Positions 7,125 to 16,011 of a stretch of 17,866 nt of DNA are shown piece after piece. The DNA is from Gammaproteobacteria bacterium. GTDB taxonomy: Bacteria; Pseudomonadota; Gammaproteobacteria; HK1. The stretch spans positions 1 to 17,866 of the forward strand of contig JBFHLI010000043.1 in the NCBI GenBank assembly GCA_041594935.1, in the 5' to 3' direction. The notes under the pieces are model-generated. The model did no database searches and was not told the DNA's origin. It was given only the letters and a program-made list of their open reading frames with translations. The position numbers and the translations under genes are program-made. How positions within the stretch are numbered: position 1 is the first letter of the stretch; each line of letters begins with the position of its first letter.

Positions 7125-8363
7125 GTGACCGATAACTCCGCCCTGCCATCCAGCCCGATGCCCGCTCGCAGTCATCTGAGCTCGCTCGTCTTCTCGAGCC
7201 TCGGTCATCTCTACATCCACTTCTTCACCGCGTTCTACTTCGTGATCGTGCTCGCGATCGAGATCGACTGGCAGATCGAGTATCACCGGCTCATCGAGCT
7301 CTGGACGATCGGCGCGGCGCTGGTGGGGGCGGCCGCCCTGCCGGCGGGCTGGCTCGCGGACCGTTACAGTTCGAGCGCGATGATGGTGGTGTTCTTCATC
7401 GGTCTCGGGTCGTCATCCATCGCCGCCGGACTGGCGGCGGCGCCGTTCGCGATGATGCTCTCGCTGTGCGCGCTCGGGCTGTTCGCCGCCATCTACCACC
7501 CGGTCGGGATCCCCTGGCTGATCCGTAACGCGGCCGTCGAGACCCGCGGGCGGGCGCTTGCGATCAACGGCGTCTTCGGCAATCTCGGCGCGGCGGTGGC
7601 CGGCCTCATCGCCGGCGCCCTCATCGACCTCGCGGGCTGGCGAGCCGCGTTCATCCTTCCCGGCGTGGTCTGCGCCGCGACCGGTGTCGCGCTGTGGCGG
7701 CGCATTCGCACCGGCGAGGTCGGCGACCGGCGCTCCGCCGAGACGATGGAGCACGCCCCGAGCCGGGCCGAGATGATGCGGGTGTTCGCGATCCTGCTGT
7801 TCTCGATGTTCCTCGCCGGCATCATCTTTCACACCACCCAGACCGCGCTCCCGAAGCTCTTCGCGGTACGTCAACGCGACCTCATCGGCGACAGTGCGTT
7901 CGGGGTTGGAATATTGGTCGCCGTGGTGTACGGAACCGCGGCCGTCGTGCAGCTCGGCGGGGGCTATCTCGCCGACCGCTATCCGCTGAAGCCCATCTAT
8001 ATCGGTGCGTTCGTCATCCAGGCGCCGCTGCTGTGGCTCGCGGCGACGCTCGCCGGGGTACCGCTCGTGATCGTCGCCGCGCTCATGGTGATGGCCGCGG
8101 TGGCCGCATTGCCGGCCGAGAACATGCTGCTCGCAAGGTATGCACCCCGCGGGCGCCACGGGCTCGTGTTCGGCATCAAGTTCGTGATCGCGTTCGGCAC
8201 CGCGCCGCTCTCGGTGCTGCTGGTGGCGTCGATCACGGAGCGCACCGCGAGCTTTTACTGGGTGTTCACCACGCTCGCGATCCTCGCCGCCGCGGTCATG
8301 CTGGCAGCGTGGATGCTCCCTGGTCGCCCCCGGGCCGAATCCGCCCGGGCCCCCGCGGCTTGA
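7125..8363 (+). CDS. MFS (major facilitator superfamily) transporter, about 400-412 aa, roughly 12 predicted TM helices. GTG start at 7125; an alternative ATG at 7158.
   Basis: Hydrophobic helices repeat throughout. The MFS loop-2/3-like motif reads GWLADRYSSSAMMVVFFIGLG, and there is a second-half repeat (GGYLADRYPLKPIYIGAFVI). It is divergent from the serine hydrolase across a 232-bp intergenic region. Confidence 0.8.
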   Translation: MTDNSALPSSPMPARSHLSSLVFSSLGHLYIHFFTAFYFVIVLAIEIDWQIEYHRLIELWTIGAALVGAAALPAGWLADRYSSSAMMVVFFIGLGSSSIAAGLAAAPFAMMLSLCALGLFAAIYHPVGIPWLIRNAAVETRGRALAINGVFGNLGAAVAGLIAGALIDLAGWRAAFILPGVVCAATGVALWRRIRTGEVGDRRSAETMEHAPSRAEMMRVFAILLFSMFLAGIIFHTTQTALPKLFAVRQRDLIGDSAFGVGILVAVVYGTAAVVQLGGGYLADRYPLKPIYIGAFVIQAPLLWLAATLAGVPLVIVAALMVMAAVAALPAENMLLARYAPRGRHGLVFGIKFVIAFGTAPLSVLLVASITERTASFYWVFTTLAILAAAVMLAAWMLPGRPRAESARAPAA

Positions 8364-8391
8364 GCCCCCGCCGGCGCGCCGGCAGCCCGCA

Positions 8392-8421
8392 TTTGACATC
8401 GTTCATTTCGAGCGGCTAAAA
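8392..8421 (+). promoter_or_regulatory. Candidate sigma70 promoter for the ABC-transporter operon: TTGACA-N18-TAAAAC.
   Basis: A perfect -35 hexamer TTGACA lies at 8392-8397. A 4/6 match to the -10 consensus (TAAAAC) follows 18 nt later, about 65 nt upstream of the SBP start codon. This is by eye only. Confidence 0.3.
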
Positions 8422-8486
8422 CAGGCGAGACGCGCCACGGGGCGGAAGATCGAGCGCGCGCAGGCACCAGCCGGAGGAGACCAGAC

Positions 8487-9671
8487 ATGACCAGGGTGCG
8501 CACGACAGCGAGCTTTCTCGGTGCGTTCTGCCTGCTCGGCGCGACGGCCAGTCTCGCGGCGGCCGACCCGATTCGGATCGGTGTGCTCCTGCCCTACTCG
8601 GGGGTGTACGGCGGCCTTGGCAAGGACCAGGATCTCGCTTTGGAATTGGGCTTCGACGACTTCGGCCGCGAGGTCAACGGGCGGCCGATCGAGCTCATCA
8701 AGGCCGACACCGAGTCCAAGCCGAACACCGGCCTTGCCGCGATGAAACGCCTGGTGCTCCGAGACAAGGTCGACCTCGTGGTGGGGATCATCTCATCGGC
8801 CGTCGCCGGCGCCGTGCGTGATTACGCCCACCAGTCCCAGACCCCGCTGATCGTCTCCAATGCCGGTAACGACGACCTCACCGGGGAGAAGTGCAGCCCG
8901 TGGATCGTGCGAACCTCGTTCTCCAACTCGCAGATCACCCGCGAGATGGGCCCTTGGATGGTGGCGCACGGTTATCGGAAGGTGTTCCTGATGGCGTTCG
9001 ACTACGCGGCCGGACATCAGATGATGGACGCGTTTCGCGCCAGTTTCGAAGGCGCGGGCGGCACCATCGCGGGCGAGGAATACCCGCCCCTCGGAGAGAC
9101 CAAGGATTTCGCCCCCTACCTCGCGAAGCTGAAGGCCGCCGAGCCCGATGCGGCGTTCGTGTTCTTCGCGGGCGGGCCCGCCATCAAGTTCGTGAAGGAG
9201 TACGCCTCTTTCGGGCTCAAGGACTCGATTCAGCTCGCGGGTGCGGGCTGGCTCACCTCCGCCCTATACCTCGACAAGGAGGGCGCGGACGCGGACGGGA
9301 TTCTCGGCATCCTCAACTACGTGCCGTCGATCGACAATCCCGAGAACAAGTCGTTCCAGGCGAACTTCCAGGCTCGTCACGGGCGTATCGGATCGGAGTT
9401 CGGGGTGGCGGCCTACGACGCCGCACGCCTGATCGTCGCCGCGCTCGAGGCCACCGGCGGCAAGACCGACGACCGGTCGGCGATCGTTCGGGCCATGCAC
9501 GAGATACGCTTCAACGGGCCGCGGGGACCGTTTCGAATCGACCCCAGGACCAACAACGTCGTGCAGAACATCTACGTCTCCAGGATAGAGAAAGCGGGCG
9601 AGGGTTACGCCGCGATGGTCAAGGACGTGATCGAGAACGTGCAGGACCTGCCCAACGGCTGCAGCTTGTAG
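8487..9671 (+). CDS. ABC transporter periplasmic substrate-binding protein, type I PBP (Peripla_BP_6 / LivK-like, HAAT family), 394 aa.
   Basis: The signal peptide MTRVRTTASFLGAFCLLGATASLAAADP is followed by IRIGVLLPYSGVYGGLGKDQDLALELGFDD…VDLVVGIISSAVAGAVRDYA, typical of Leu/Ile/Val-binding-protein-fold SBPs. GGAGGAG lies 8 nt upstream of the ATG. Confidence 0.85.
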   Translation: MTRVRTTASFLGAFCLLGATASLAAADPIRIGVLLPYSGVYGGLGKDQDLALELGFDDFGREVNGRPIELIKADTESKPNTGLAAMKRLVLRDKVDLVVGIISSAVAGAVRDYAHQSQTPLIVSNAGNDDLTGEKCSPWIVRTSFSNSQITREMGPWMVAHGYRKVFLMAFDYAAGHQMMDAFRASFEGAGGTIAGEEYPPLGETKDFAPYLAKLKAAEPDAAFVFFAGGPAIKFVKEYASFGLKDSIQLAGAGWLTSALYLDKEGADADGILGILNYVPSIDNPENKSFQANFQARHGRIGSEFGVAAYDAARLIVAALEATGGKTDDRSAIVRAMHEIRFNGPRGPFRIDPRTNNVVQNIYVSRIEKAGEGYAAMVKDVIENVQDLPNGCSL

Positions 9672-9721
9672 GCGCAAACGCCCCGTCGGCGCCCCGACTC
9701 CGCCCGTCGCGGTCCCCCATC

Positions 9722-10600
9722 ATGTCGCTCGACCCCCAGTTTGTCGTCATCCAGACCCTCAACGGGTTGCAGCTCTCGATGCTGCTGTTTCTGCTCGCAG
9801 TCGGGCTGTCGGTGGTGTTCGGCCTGATGAACTTCATCAACCTCGCGCACGGCACCCTGTACATGATCGGCGCCTACTTCGGTCTCGCCGTGGTCGGCTG
9901 GCTCGACTCGTTCTGGGCCGCGCTCGTCCTCGCGCCGCTCGGCGTGACGGCGCTCGGCGCGCTGCTCTACCTGGTGCTGCTCGAGCGCCTGCGCGCCGCC
10001 GACCCCATGAAGCAGGTGCTGGTCACCTTCGGGCTCATTTTCGTGGGCTTCGACGGGGTGCGCATGATCTGGGGTCGCCTGCCCCATACGATCGACGTGC
10101 CGGCATCGCTCGGCGGCAGCGTGATGATCTTCGGCGAGGTCTATCCCACCTATCGAGTGTTCATCATCGGCCTCGGCCTCGCGGTGATGGCGCTGCTCTA
10201 CCTCGGCCTCGAGCGCACCCGGCTCGGCGCGGTGGTGCGCGCCGGGGTCGACGATCGGACCATGGTCGGAGCGCTCGGAATCAACGTCGATCGGGCCTTT
10301 TTCTGGGTCTTCTGCCTCGGCTGCTATCTGGCCGGGCTCGCCGGGGTGGTGGCGGCACCGGTGTTCTCGATCTTTCCCGGCATGGACATGTCGGTGCTCA
10401 TTCTCGCCCTGATCGTGGTCGTGGTGGGGGGCCCCGGGAGCCTCAAGGGTGCCGCCGCCGGATCGCTCATCATCGGCATGGCGGACACCTACGGTCAGGT
10501 CGTTTTTCCCCAGTACGCACGGCTCACGATCTACGCCCTGATGGCGCTCATCCTCCTGCTCCGACCCGAGGGGCTGATCCCGGCCCGCGCGGCCCGTTGA
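9722..10600 (+). CDS. ABC transporter permease, LivH-like (branched-chain amino acid-type / HAAT family), 292 aa.
   Basis: MSLDPQFVVIQTLNGLQLSMLLFLLAVGLSVVFGLMNFINLAHGTLYMIGAYFG matches the LivH N-terminus pattern (…FxxQ.xNGLxxG..YALxAxGxxxxxGxxxxxNFAHG). It has multiple TM helices. Its stop overlaps the next start (TGATG). Confidence 0.85.
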   Translation: MSLDPQFVVIQTLNGLQLSMLLFLLAVGLSVVFGLMNFINLAHGTLYMIGAYFGLAVVGWLDSFWAALVLAPLGVTALGALLYLVLLERLRAADPMKQVLVTFGLIFVGFDGVRMIWGRLPHTIDVPASLGGSVMIFGEVYPTYRVFIIGLGLAVMALLYLGLERTRLGAVVRAGVDDRTMVGALGINVDRAFFWVFCLGCYLAGLAGVVAAPVFSIFPGMDMSVLILALIVVVVGGPGSLKGAAAGSLIIGMADTYGQVVFPQYARLTIYALMALILLLRPEGLIPARAAR

Positions 10601-11571
10601 TGCTCGGGCGGGACCCCCTGCAGCTCCCGGTCGCTCTCGCGCTGATCGCGCTCGGGATCCTCAGCTGGCTCGGATCGGGCTTCTACGGCAAGGAGGTGCT
10701 CACCGAGATTGCGATCTTCGCGATCTTCGCGATGAGCCTCGACCTGCTGGTCGGCTACGCCGGTCTCGTCTCCCTCGGGCACGCCGCCTTTCTCGCCAGC
10801 GGCGCTTACGCGACCGCCCTCTTTACCGTGCTGCTCGGGTGGCCGGTCGCGCTCGCGACGGCGGGCGCGGTGATTGCGAGCGCGGTCCTCGCCGCGATCG
10901 TCGGCGCGTTCGCGGTGCGGCTGAGGGGGATGTTCTTCATCATGATCACTCTCGCCATGGGCCAGATGGTGTACGCGTACTTCTTCAAGGCACGCGAGCT
11001 CGGGGCCGACGACGGGATGTCGGGCACCCCGCGCCTCGACTTGACCCCGTTCGGGGTCGACGCCAATGAGCCGGGGGTGTTCGCCGCCCTCGTCCTGATC
11101 GTCACCCTCGGTGTGTATCTCGGGCTGCTCGTGCTGGTCCGCTCCCCGTTCGGAGCGATGCTGGTTGCAATCCGGCAAAACGAGAATCGGTGGCGCGCGC
11201 TCGGTGGCCCGGTGGTGCGCTACAAGCTGGTGGCGTTCTCCGTGGCCGGGGCGATCGCCGGCCTCGCCGGATCGCTGCTCGCGCAGCACACCGGCTTCGT
11301 ATCTCCCGACCTTGCCTTCTGGACCGTCTCGGGAGAAGTGCTGATCATGGTGATCGTGGGCGGCGCGGGGAGTCTGCTCGGGGCGGTGATCGGCGCCGTG
11401 ACCCTGACCCTCATGCGCCTCGAGCTCGCGGGACTCACCGAATTCTGGGTCTTCTACATGGGGTTGTTCTTCGTGACCGTGGTGCTGGTCGCGAGCGACG
11501 GCCTGTACGGACGTCTGCGCCGAGTCGTGCTGCGTGGCGCGGTCTCACTCGAGGCGCCGCGGCCGCCCTGA
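10600..11571 (+). CDS. ABC transporter permease, LivM-like (HAAT family), 323 aa.
   Basis: The polytopic protein carries the block EIAIFAIFAMSLDLLVGYAGLVSLGHAAFLASGAYATALF typical of LivM-type permeases. Its start codon overlaps the upstream stop by 1 nt. Confidence 0.85.
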   Translation: MLGRDPLQLPVALALIALGILSWLGSGFYGKEVLTEIAIFAIFAMSLDLLVGYAGLVSLGHAAFLASGAYATALFTVLLGWPVALATAGAVIASAVLAAIVGAFAVRLRGMFFIMITLAMGQMVYAYFFKARELGADDGMSGTPRLDLTPFGVDANEPGVFAALVLIVTLGVYLGLLVLVRSPFGAMLVAIRQNENRWRALGGPVVRYKLVAFSVAGAIAGLAGSLLAQHTGFVSPDLAFWTVSGEVLIMVIVGGAGSLLGAVIGAVTLTLMRLELAGLTEFWVFYMGLFFVTVVLVASDGLYGRLRRVVLRGAVSLEAPRPP

Positions 11572-11609
11572 TCGCGGTCGGCGCCGACCCACCAGCGAAG
11601 GAGGCTTGG

Positions 11610-13115
11610 ATGCGACTGGTCATTGCCTTGATGAGCCACGAGACCAATACATTCTCACCGGTTCCAACCCCGCTCGAGCGCTTCGGCGCAAACGGTGCGG
11701 TGTTCGGGGAGGAGGCGTCGGCCGCCTATCGCAACACCAACACCGGCATCGCCGCGTACCTCGACCTTGCCGCGGAGGTAGGCGCCGAGATCGTCACGCC
11801 GCTCGCGGCCGAAGCCCCCCCGAGCGGGCCGGTGGAGGCCGATGCCTACCGCCGTTTCAGCGATGCAATCGTCGAGGCGGTGGACCACGGATGCGATGCG
11901 TGCCTGCTCGACCTGCACGGGGCGATGGTCGCCGAATCGACCGATGACGGGGAAGGCACGCTGCTCGAGCGCATCCGGTGCCGGGCGCCCGGCCTGCCAA
12001 TCGCGGTGAGCCTGGATCTGCACGCCAACGTGACCGATGCGATGGTGGACAACGCGAGCGTCATCGCCGGCTATCTGACCTACCCCCACATCGACATGTA
12101 CGAGACCGGGATGCGCGCGGGGAGGATCGTGCTGCGAGCGCTCGCGGGAGAGGTCGAGCCGGTGATGGCGTGGGGTAATCGCCCGATGCTCGCGCACACG
12201 TTGCGCATGGGCACGGACGACGAGCCGATGCGCTCGATGGTCGGGGCCGCCAGGCGCCTGGAAGACCGCCGCGAGGTCCTGGCCGCGAGCGTGTTCGGGG
12301 GCTTTCCACTCGCCGACATCCGTGATGCGGGCTCGAGCGTGGTCGTGGTAACCGATCGCGACCGGGGTGTCGCCCGCCGCCAGGCCGATGCGCTCCTCGA
12401 TGAGCTGTGGCGGCACGCACCGCAGTTCGTGTGGCGCTCGGAGCCGCTTCGGGATTCGGTCATGCGGGCCCGTGCGCTCGACGAGGGACCGATCGTTCTG
12501 ATCGACCACGCCGATAACTGCGCTTCCGGGGGCACCGAGGACACGATGGCGGTTCTGGCCGAGGTGATGCGCCAGGGACTCGAGGAGGTGGCGATGTTCG
12601 CGGTCTACGACCCCCGGGCGGTCGAGGAGATGATCAAGGCCGGCATCGGCGCCGAGGTCAACATCGCCCTCGGCGGCAAGATCTCGATGCCGAGCATCGG
12701 GCGTCAGGGAGAGCCGCTGGCGGTCTCGGGCACGGTGCGGGCGATCACGAACGGAGAGTTCGTGGTTCGCGGCCCGATGTACACCGGGCTGCGCCAGCAC
12801 CTGGGGCCGACCGTGGTGCTCGATACCGGCCAGATCGAGATCGTCGTCATCTCGCGGCATCACGAGCCCTACGATCTCGGCGTGTTTCGCAGCGTCGGCA
12901 TCGAGCCCACGGAGCGGCGTTACCTGTTGCTCAAGTCGCGCATCCACTACCGGGCGGGGTTCAAGCCGATCGCCCGGCACATCGTCGAGTGCGACGGGGT
13001 GGGGGTGACCAGCTCAGACTACGGCCTATTCCGCTTCGAGAAGGTGCGCCGCCCGATCTTTCCTCTGGACGACATCGCGGGAATCGACGGTGCTTCGAGC
13101 GCAAGGTCTGCGTAA
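11610..13115 (+). CDS. M81-family metallopeptidase (MlrC / microcystinase C-like; DUF1485 + MlrC_C), 501 aa.
   Basis: The N-terminus MRLVIALMSHETNTFSPVPT matches the M81 start motif (…I..HETNTFS…). The length, about 500 aa, fits. AAGGAGG lies 6 nt before the ATG. The gene sits between the permease and ATPase genes of the ABC operon. Confidence 0.8.
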   Translation: MRLVIALMSHETNTFSPVPTPLERFGANGAVFGEEASAAYRNTNTGIAAYLDLAAEVGAEIVTPLAAEAPPSGPVEADAYRRFSDAIVEAVDHGCDACLLDLHGAMVAESTDDGEGTLLERIRCRAPGLPIAVSLDLHANVTDAMVDNASVIAGYLTYPHIDMYETGMRAGRIVLRALAGEVEPVMAWGNRPMLAHTLRMGTDDEPMRSMVGAARRLEDRREVLAASVFGGFPLADIRDAGSSVVVVTDRDRGVARRQADALLDELWRHAPQFVWRSEPLRDSVMRARALDEGPIVLIDHADNCASGGTEDTMAVLAEVMRQGLEEVAMFAVYDPRAVEEMIKAGIGAEVNIALGGKISMPSIGRQGEPLAVSGTVRAITNGEFVVRGPMYTGLRQHLGPTVVLDTGQIEIVVISRHHEPYDLGVFRSVGIEPTERRYLLLKSRIHYRAGFKPIARHIVECDGVGVTSSDYGLFRFEKVRRPIFPLDDIAGIDGASSARSA

Positions 13116-13827
13116 GTCGTTCGGCTCGCTCGCGGTCACCGACGACGTGTCGCTCGATCTGCCGGCCGGGCGCCGGCAGGGGCTGATCGGTCCGAACGGA
13201 GCCGGAAAGACCACGCTCTTCAACCTCTTGTCGGGCGAGCTGAGAGCGGATGCGGGGCGTATCTCACTCGCCGGTCGCGACATCTCTCACGCCAGCCCGG
13301 ATGCGCGCGCCCGCGCCGGGCTCGCCCGCAGCTTCCAGCGCAACAACCTGTTCCCGGACCTCACGGTGCGCCAGAACCTCAGCATTGCTTGCGCGCTCGA
13401 GCGGGGCATCGGACACGTTTTCTGGCGCAGTCTCGCCGGGCAGCGCGGCCTCCAGGCCGACATCGAGGAGAACGCGGCGCGATTCGGGCTTGCCGAGGCA
13501 CTCGACGTGCCGGTGCGGGCGCTTGCCTACGGAACCCAGCGACAGCTCGAGATCGGCCTCGCCCTGGTGCGCCGACCCACCGTCCTGCTGCTCGACGAGC
13601 CGACCGCGGGGATGAGCCCCGAGGAGACCGCGGCCATGCAGCGGGTGATCGCCGGACTTCCGCGCACCCTCACCCTGCTCATCATCGAGCACGACATGGA
13701 TGTGATCTTCGGACTCGCCGAGCGCATCACCGTGCTGGACTTCGGCCGGGTGCTCCTGGAGGACACCCCGGAGCGCGTCCGCCGCTCGCCGCTGGTGCGC
13801 AGCCGCTATCTCGGGGAGACGACGTGA
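13090..13827 (+). CDS. ABC transporter ATP-binding protein, LivG-like, 245 aa. The GTG start overlaps the M81 gene by 26 nt.
   Basis: The Walker A motif GPNGAGKTTLFNLLSG is present, along with the LivG-type N-terminus LRAQGLRKSFGSLAVTDDVSL and the ABC signature/Walker B region (LLLDEPTAGMSPEE). Confidence 0.85.
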   Translation: MLRAQGLRKSFGSLAVTDDVSLDLPAGRRQGLIGPNGAGKTTLFNLLSGELRADAGRISLAGRDISHASPDARARAGLARSFQRNNLFPDLTVRQNLSIACALERGIGHVFWRSLAGQRGLQADIEENAARFGLAEALDVPVRALAYGTQRQLEIGLALVRRPTVLLLDEPTAGMSPEETAAMQRVIAGLPRTLTLLIIEHDMDVIFGLAERITVLDFGRVLLEDTPERVRRSPLVRSRYLGETT

Positions 13828-14537
13828 GTGCCGCCGCCCTGCTCGCGGTTCGAGAGATCGATACCTATTACGGGCAGAGTCACGTCCTGCAGGGGATCTC
13901 GATCGAGGTGAGCCGGGGCACGGTGGTGGCACTGCTCGGGCGCAACGGCGCCGGCAAGACCACCGCCTTGAAGTCTATCATGGGGATCGTTCCCCCGCGC
14001 CGCGGGCGCATCGTGTTCGAGGGCGACGAGGTGCAGGGGTGGCCGGTGTATCGCATCGCTCGCCGCGGGATCGCCTACGTGCCCGAGGACCGGGGCGTCT
14101 TCCCGTCGCTCACGGTGGCGGAGAACCTCTCGCTCGTGGGGGCGGGAGGGCACCCGCGAGCGCCGTGGGACGAGGCGGCGATCGACGAGCTTTTTCCACG
14201 CCTGCGCGAGCGGCGCGGGACCCGGGCGGCACGCCTTAGCGGCGGCGAGCAGCAAATGCTCTCGATCGCCCGCGCGCTGCTCGCCAACCCCCGTCTGCTG
14301 ATCCTCGACGAGCCCACCGCGGGCCTCGCCCCGCTGGTGGTCGGCGAGCTGGCGCGGATCTTTCGCCGGCTCAAGGCGAGCCGGATGAGCATGCTGCTGG
14401 TGGAGCAAAACTACCCGTTTGCAACCGATCTCTCCGATCGCCTCTACGTGATCGGCAAAGGGCGCATTCGATGGGAGGGCTCGCCCCGCGCGCTCGAGCG
14501 GACCGCTACCGTCAAACACACCTGGATCGGGGTGTGA
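13824..14537 (+). CDS. ABC transporter ATP-binding protein, LivF-like, 237 aa. The GTG start overlaps the upstream stop in a GTGA arrangement.
   Basis: LAVREIDTYYGQSHVLQGISIEVSRGTVVALLGRNGAGKTTALKSIMG is the LivF pattern. The ABC signature LSGGEQQMLSIARAL and Walker B LLILDEPTAGLAP are present. GGGGAG lies 5 nt upstream of the GTG. Confidence 0.85.
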   Translation: MSAAALLAVREIDTYYGQSHVLQGISIEVSRGTVVALLGRNGAGKTTALKSIMGIVPPRRGRIVFEGDEVQGWPVYRIARRGIAYVPEDRGVFPSLTVAENLSLVGAGGHPRAPWDEAAIDELFPRLRERRGTRAARLSGGEQQMLSIARALLANPRLLILDEPTAGLAPLVVGELARIFRRLKASRMSMLLVEQNYPFATDLSDRLYVIGKGRIRWEGSPRALERTATVKHTWIGV

Positions 14538-14648
14538 CCGGAGGACCGCCCCCATCCGCCCAATGCGGCCGGGTTGGCGGTATCATGCGCCGGCGATGCG
14601 CGCGCCGGCGGTGCCCGGCAGCCTGAGGACGGAGTCCACCCGATACCG

Positions 14649-15428
14649 ATGAGCCTGCTCGACGAGCTGCGCCAGCAGGCGCGAGAGACCATGAGCAGCG
14701 AGTCGATCGCCCGGGCCGAGATCCGGGACCGGCGCGGGCTCGCCCGCGAGAAGCTGCATCCCAAGCTCGATTCCCTCTATCGCTACTTCGATGAGCTCGC
14801 CGAGCACTTGAACGTCATCGACGAGCCGGTGAAGCGCACCTTCTCGCTCGCGGACGCGGGTGGCGGGGTCCTCCAGGATCTTCGCCAGCACGCCTATCAC
14901 TGCGCCACCGCCGAGCCCGATGTGGTGGACCGCTTCACGTTTCAGTTCGTATGCGCCGCGCCGGGTCGATTCGAGCAACGCATCGACCATCCGTCGCGGG
15001 CGCGCGCCGCCGCCGATGCCCTGCGCCGCCACGGCTTGCGCTTCAAGATGCGCGAGCTCCCGGGGGGAGGCTCGAGTTTCGTGATCGAGAAGCGGGTACC
15101 GGTGATGCTGGAGTTTTCGATGGACGTGGACCGCGAGGTGGTGCACCTGCGCACGAGGAACCTCGGCGAGCTCGGCGCCACGACCCTGCGCCTCGCGCCC
15201 GGGGCGATCAGTTCCGAGCTCATGGAGGAGCTCGCGAAATGGGTGCTGGCAAGGCCTGAGCGCGTGCGCGAGCTCATCGGCTACACGATTGCGCCCGAGC
15301 GGCGCAAGGCGCTGCAGCGCGAGATGAAGCGCCAGCAAGGCCGGCGCGCGGCCGAGCTGAAGGGCCCGTTCGCGCGCGCACTGTGGGTGATGCGAGACTG
15401 GATCGAGCGCACGCTCGAGCGCGACTGA
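14649..15428 (+). CDS. Hypothetical protein, 260 aa, soluble, no recognisable family.
   Basis: The ORF has consistent GC3-rich codon usage and starts at the ATG at 14649 (MSLLDELRQQARE…). A weak GGAG lies about 15 nt upstream. There are no TM segments and no motif I recognise. It lies 111 nt after the ABC operon on the same strand. Confidence 0.45.
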   Translation: MSLLDELRQQARETMSSESIARAEIRDRRGLAREKLHPKLDSLYRYFDELAEHLNVIDEPVKRTFSLADAGGGVLQDLRQHAYHCATAEPDVVDRFTFQFVCAAPGRFEQRIDHPSRARAAADALRRHGLRFKMRELPGGGSSFVIEKRVPVMLEFSMDVDREVVHLRTRNLGELGATTLRLAPGAISSELMEELAKWVLARPERVRELIGYTIAPERRKALQREMKRQQGRRAAELKGPFARALWVMRDWIERTLERD

Positions 15429-15587
15429 GCGCAGCGGCTCAGCGTTAGAAACGTGTAAACGAGGGCGGTCCGGCAGACCTCGCCGCCGCCGGGTGATCCG
15501 CCGGCGGGCGAACCGCGCCGAGGGCCGAGCCCAAGCGAGGTGAGCTATACTCGCACTGAACCCGATAACGGAACAGGGAGGTCGATC

Positions 15588-15899
15588 ATGCACGCATCAC
15601 CGAGGCGGTTCGCTCGACGGCTTGGCGCGGCCCTGCTGTTCGGCGGCGTGGTGGTCGCGGTCGACTTGCCGGCCCAGTCGATGACTCCGGAACCGAAGCC
15701 CGCGGCGGGAACCGTGATCGCCGACGCCCTCGTGGTAAGACCGCTGATGCTAGTTCGCACCTTGCTCGGGTTCGGGGTTTTCGTCGTCTCTCTGCCGTTC
15801 ACGGTGCCCGGCGATCACGTCGCGGAAGCCGGTGAGGTGCTGGTGGTCGACCCGGCGCGAGAGACGTTCATGACGCCGCTCGGCGAACCGCGGCGCTAA
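15588..15899 (+). CDS. Small (103 aa) membrane/secreted protein of unknown function, upstream of the flotillin-like gene (the position usually occupied by NfeD-like partners).
   Basis: GGGAGG lies 8 nt upstream of the ATG at 15588. The N-terminal hydrophobic segment RRLGAALLFGGVVVAVDLPAQS and a second hydrophobic stretch LMLVRTLLGFGVFVVSLPF are present. Assigning it to the NfeD family is an inference from genomic context only. Confidence 0.4.
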   Translation: MHASPRRFARRLGAALLFGGVVVAVDLPAQSMTPEPKPAAGTVIADALVVRPLMLVRTLLGFGVFVVSLPFTVPGDHVAEAGEVLVVDPARETFMTPLGEPRR

Positions 15900-16011
15900 C
15901 CCTCCGGGCCGACGGAGCAGGCCGCGGCGCTGCGGCTGACGGGCGCCGCGCGCGGGTTCGCGGGCATCGCGCAACCGCCACCCCATCGATCTCGATCGGA
16001 CGGAGTCGAGC

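Noticed and set aside
7413-8399. Long antisense ORFs inside real genes. Examples are 7413..8399 (-), 11655..12980 (-, 441 aa), 16312..17361 (-, 349 aa), 6248..7009 (+), 4183..5367 (+) and 1189..2517 (+).
   Set aside because: Such shadow ORFs are expected in high-GC genomes because stop codons are rare in the antisense frames. Their translations are extremely Arg/Gly/Pro/His-rich and match no family, while the opposite-strand genes have clear homology.
15540-15587. An alternative GTG start at 15540 for the small membrane protein (119-aa version).
   Set aside because: It has no usable SD. The ATG at 15588 has an ideally spaced GGGAGG and yields a protein that begins directly at the hydrophobic segment.
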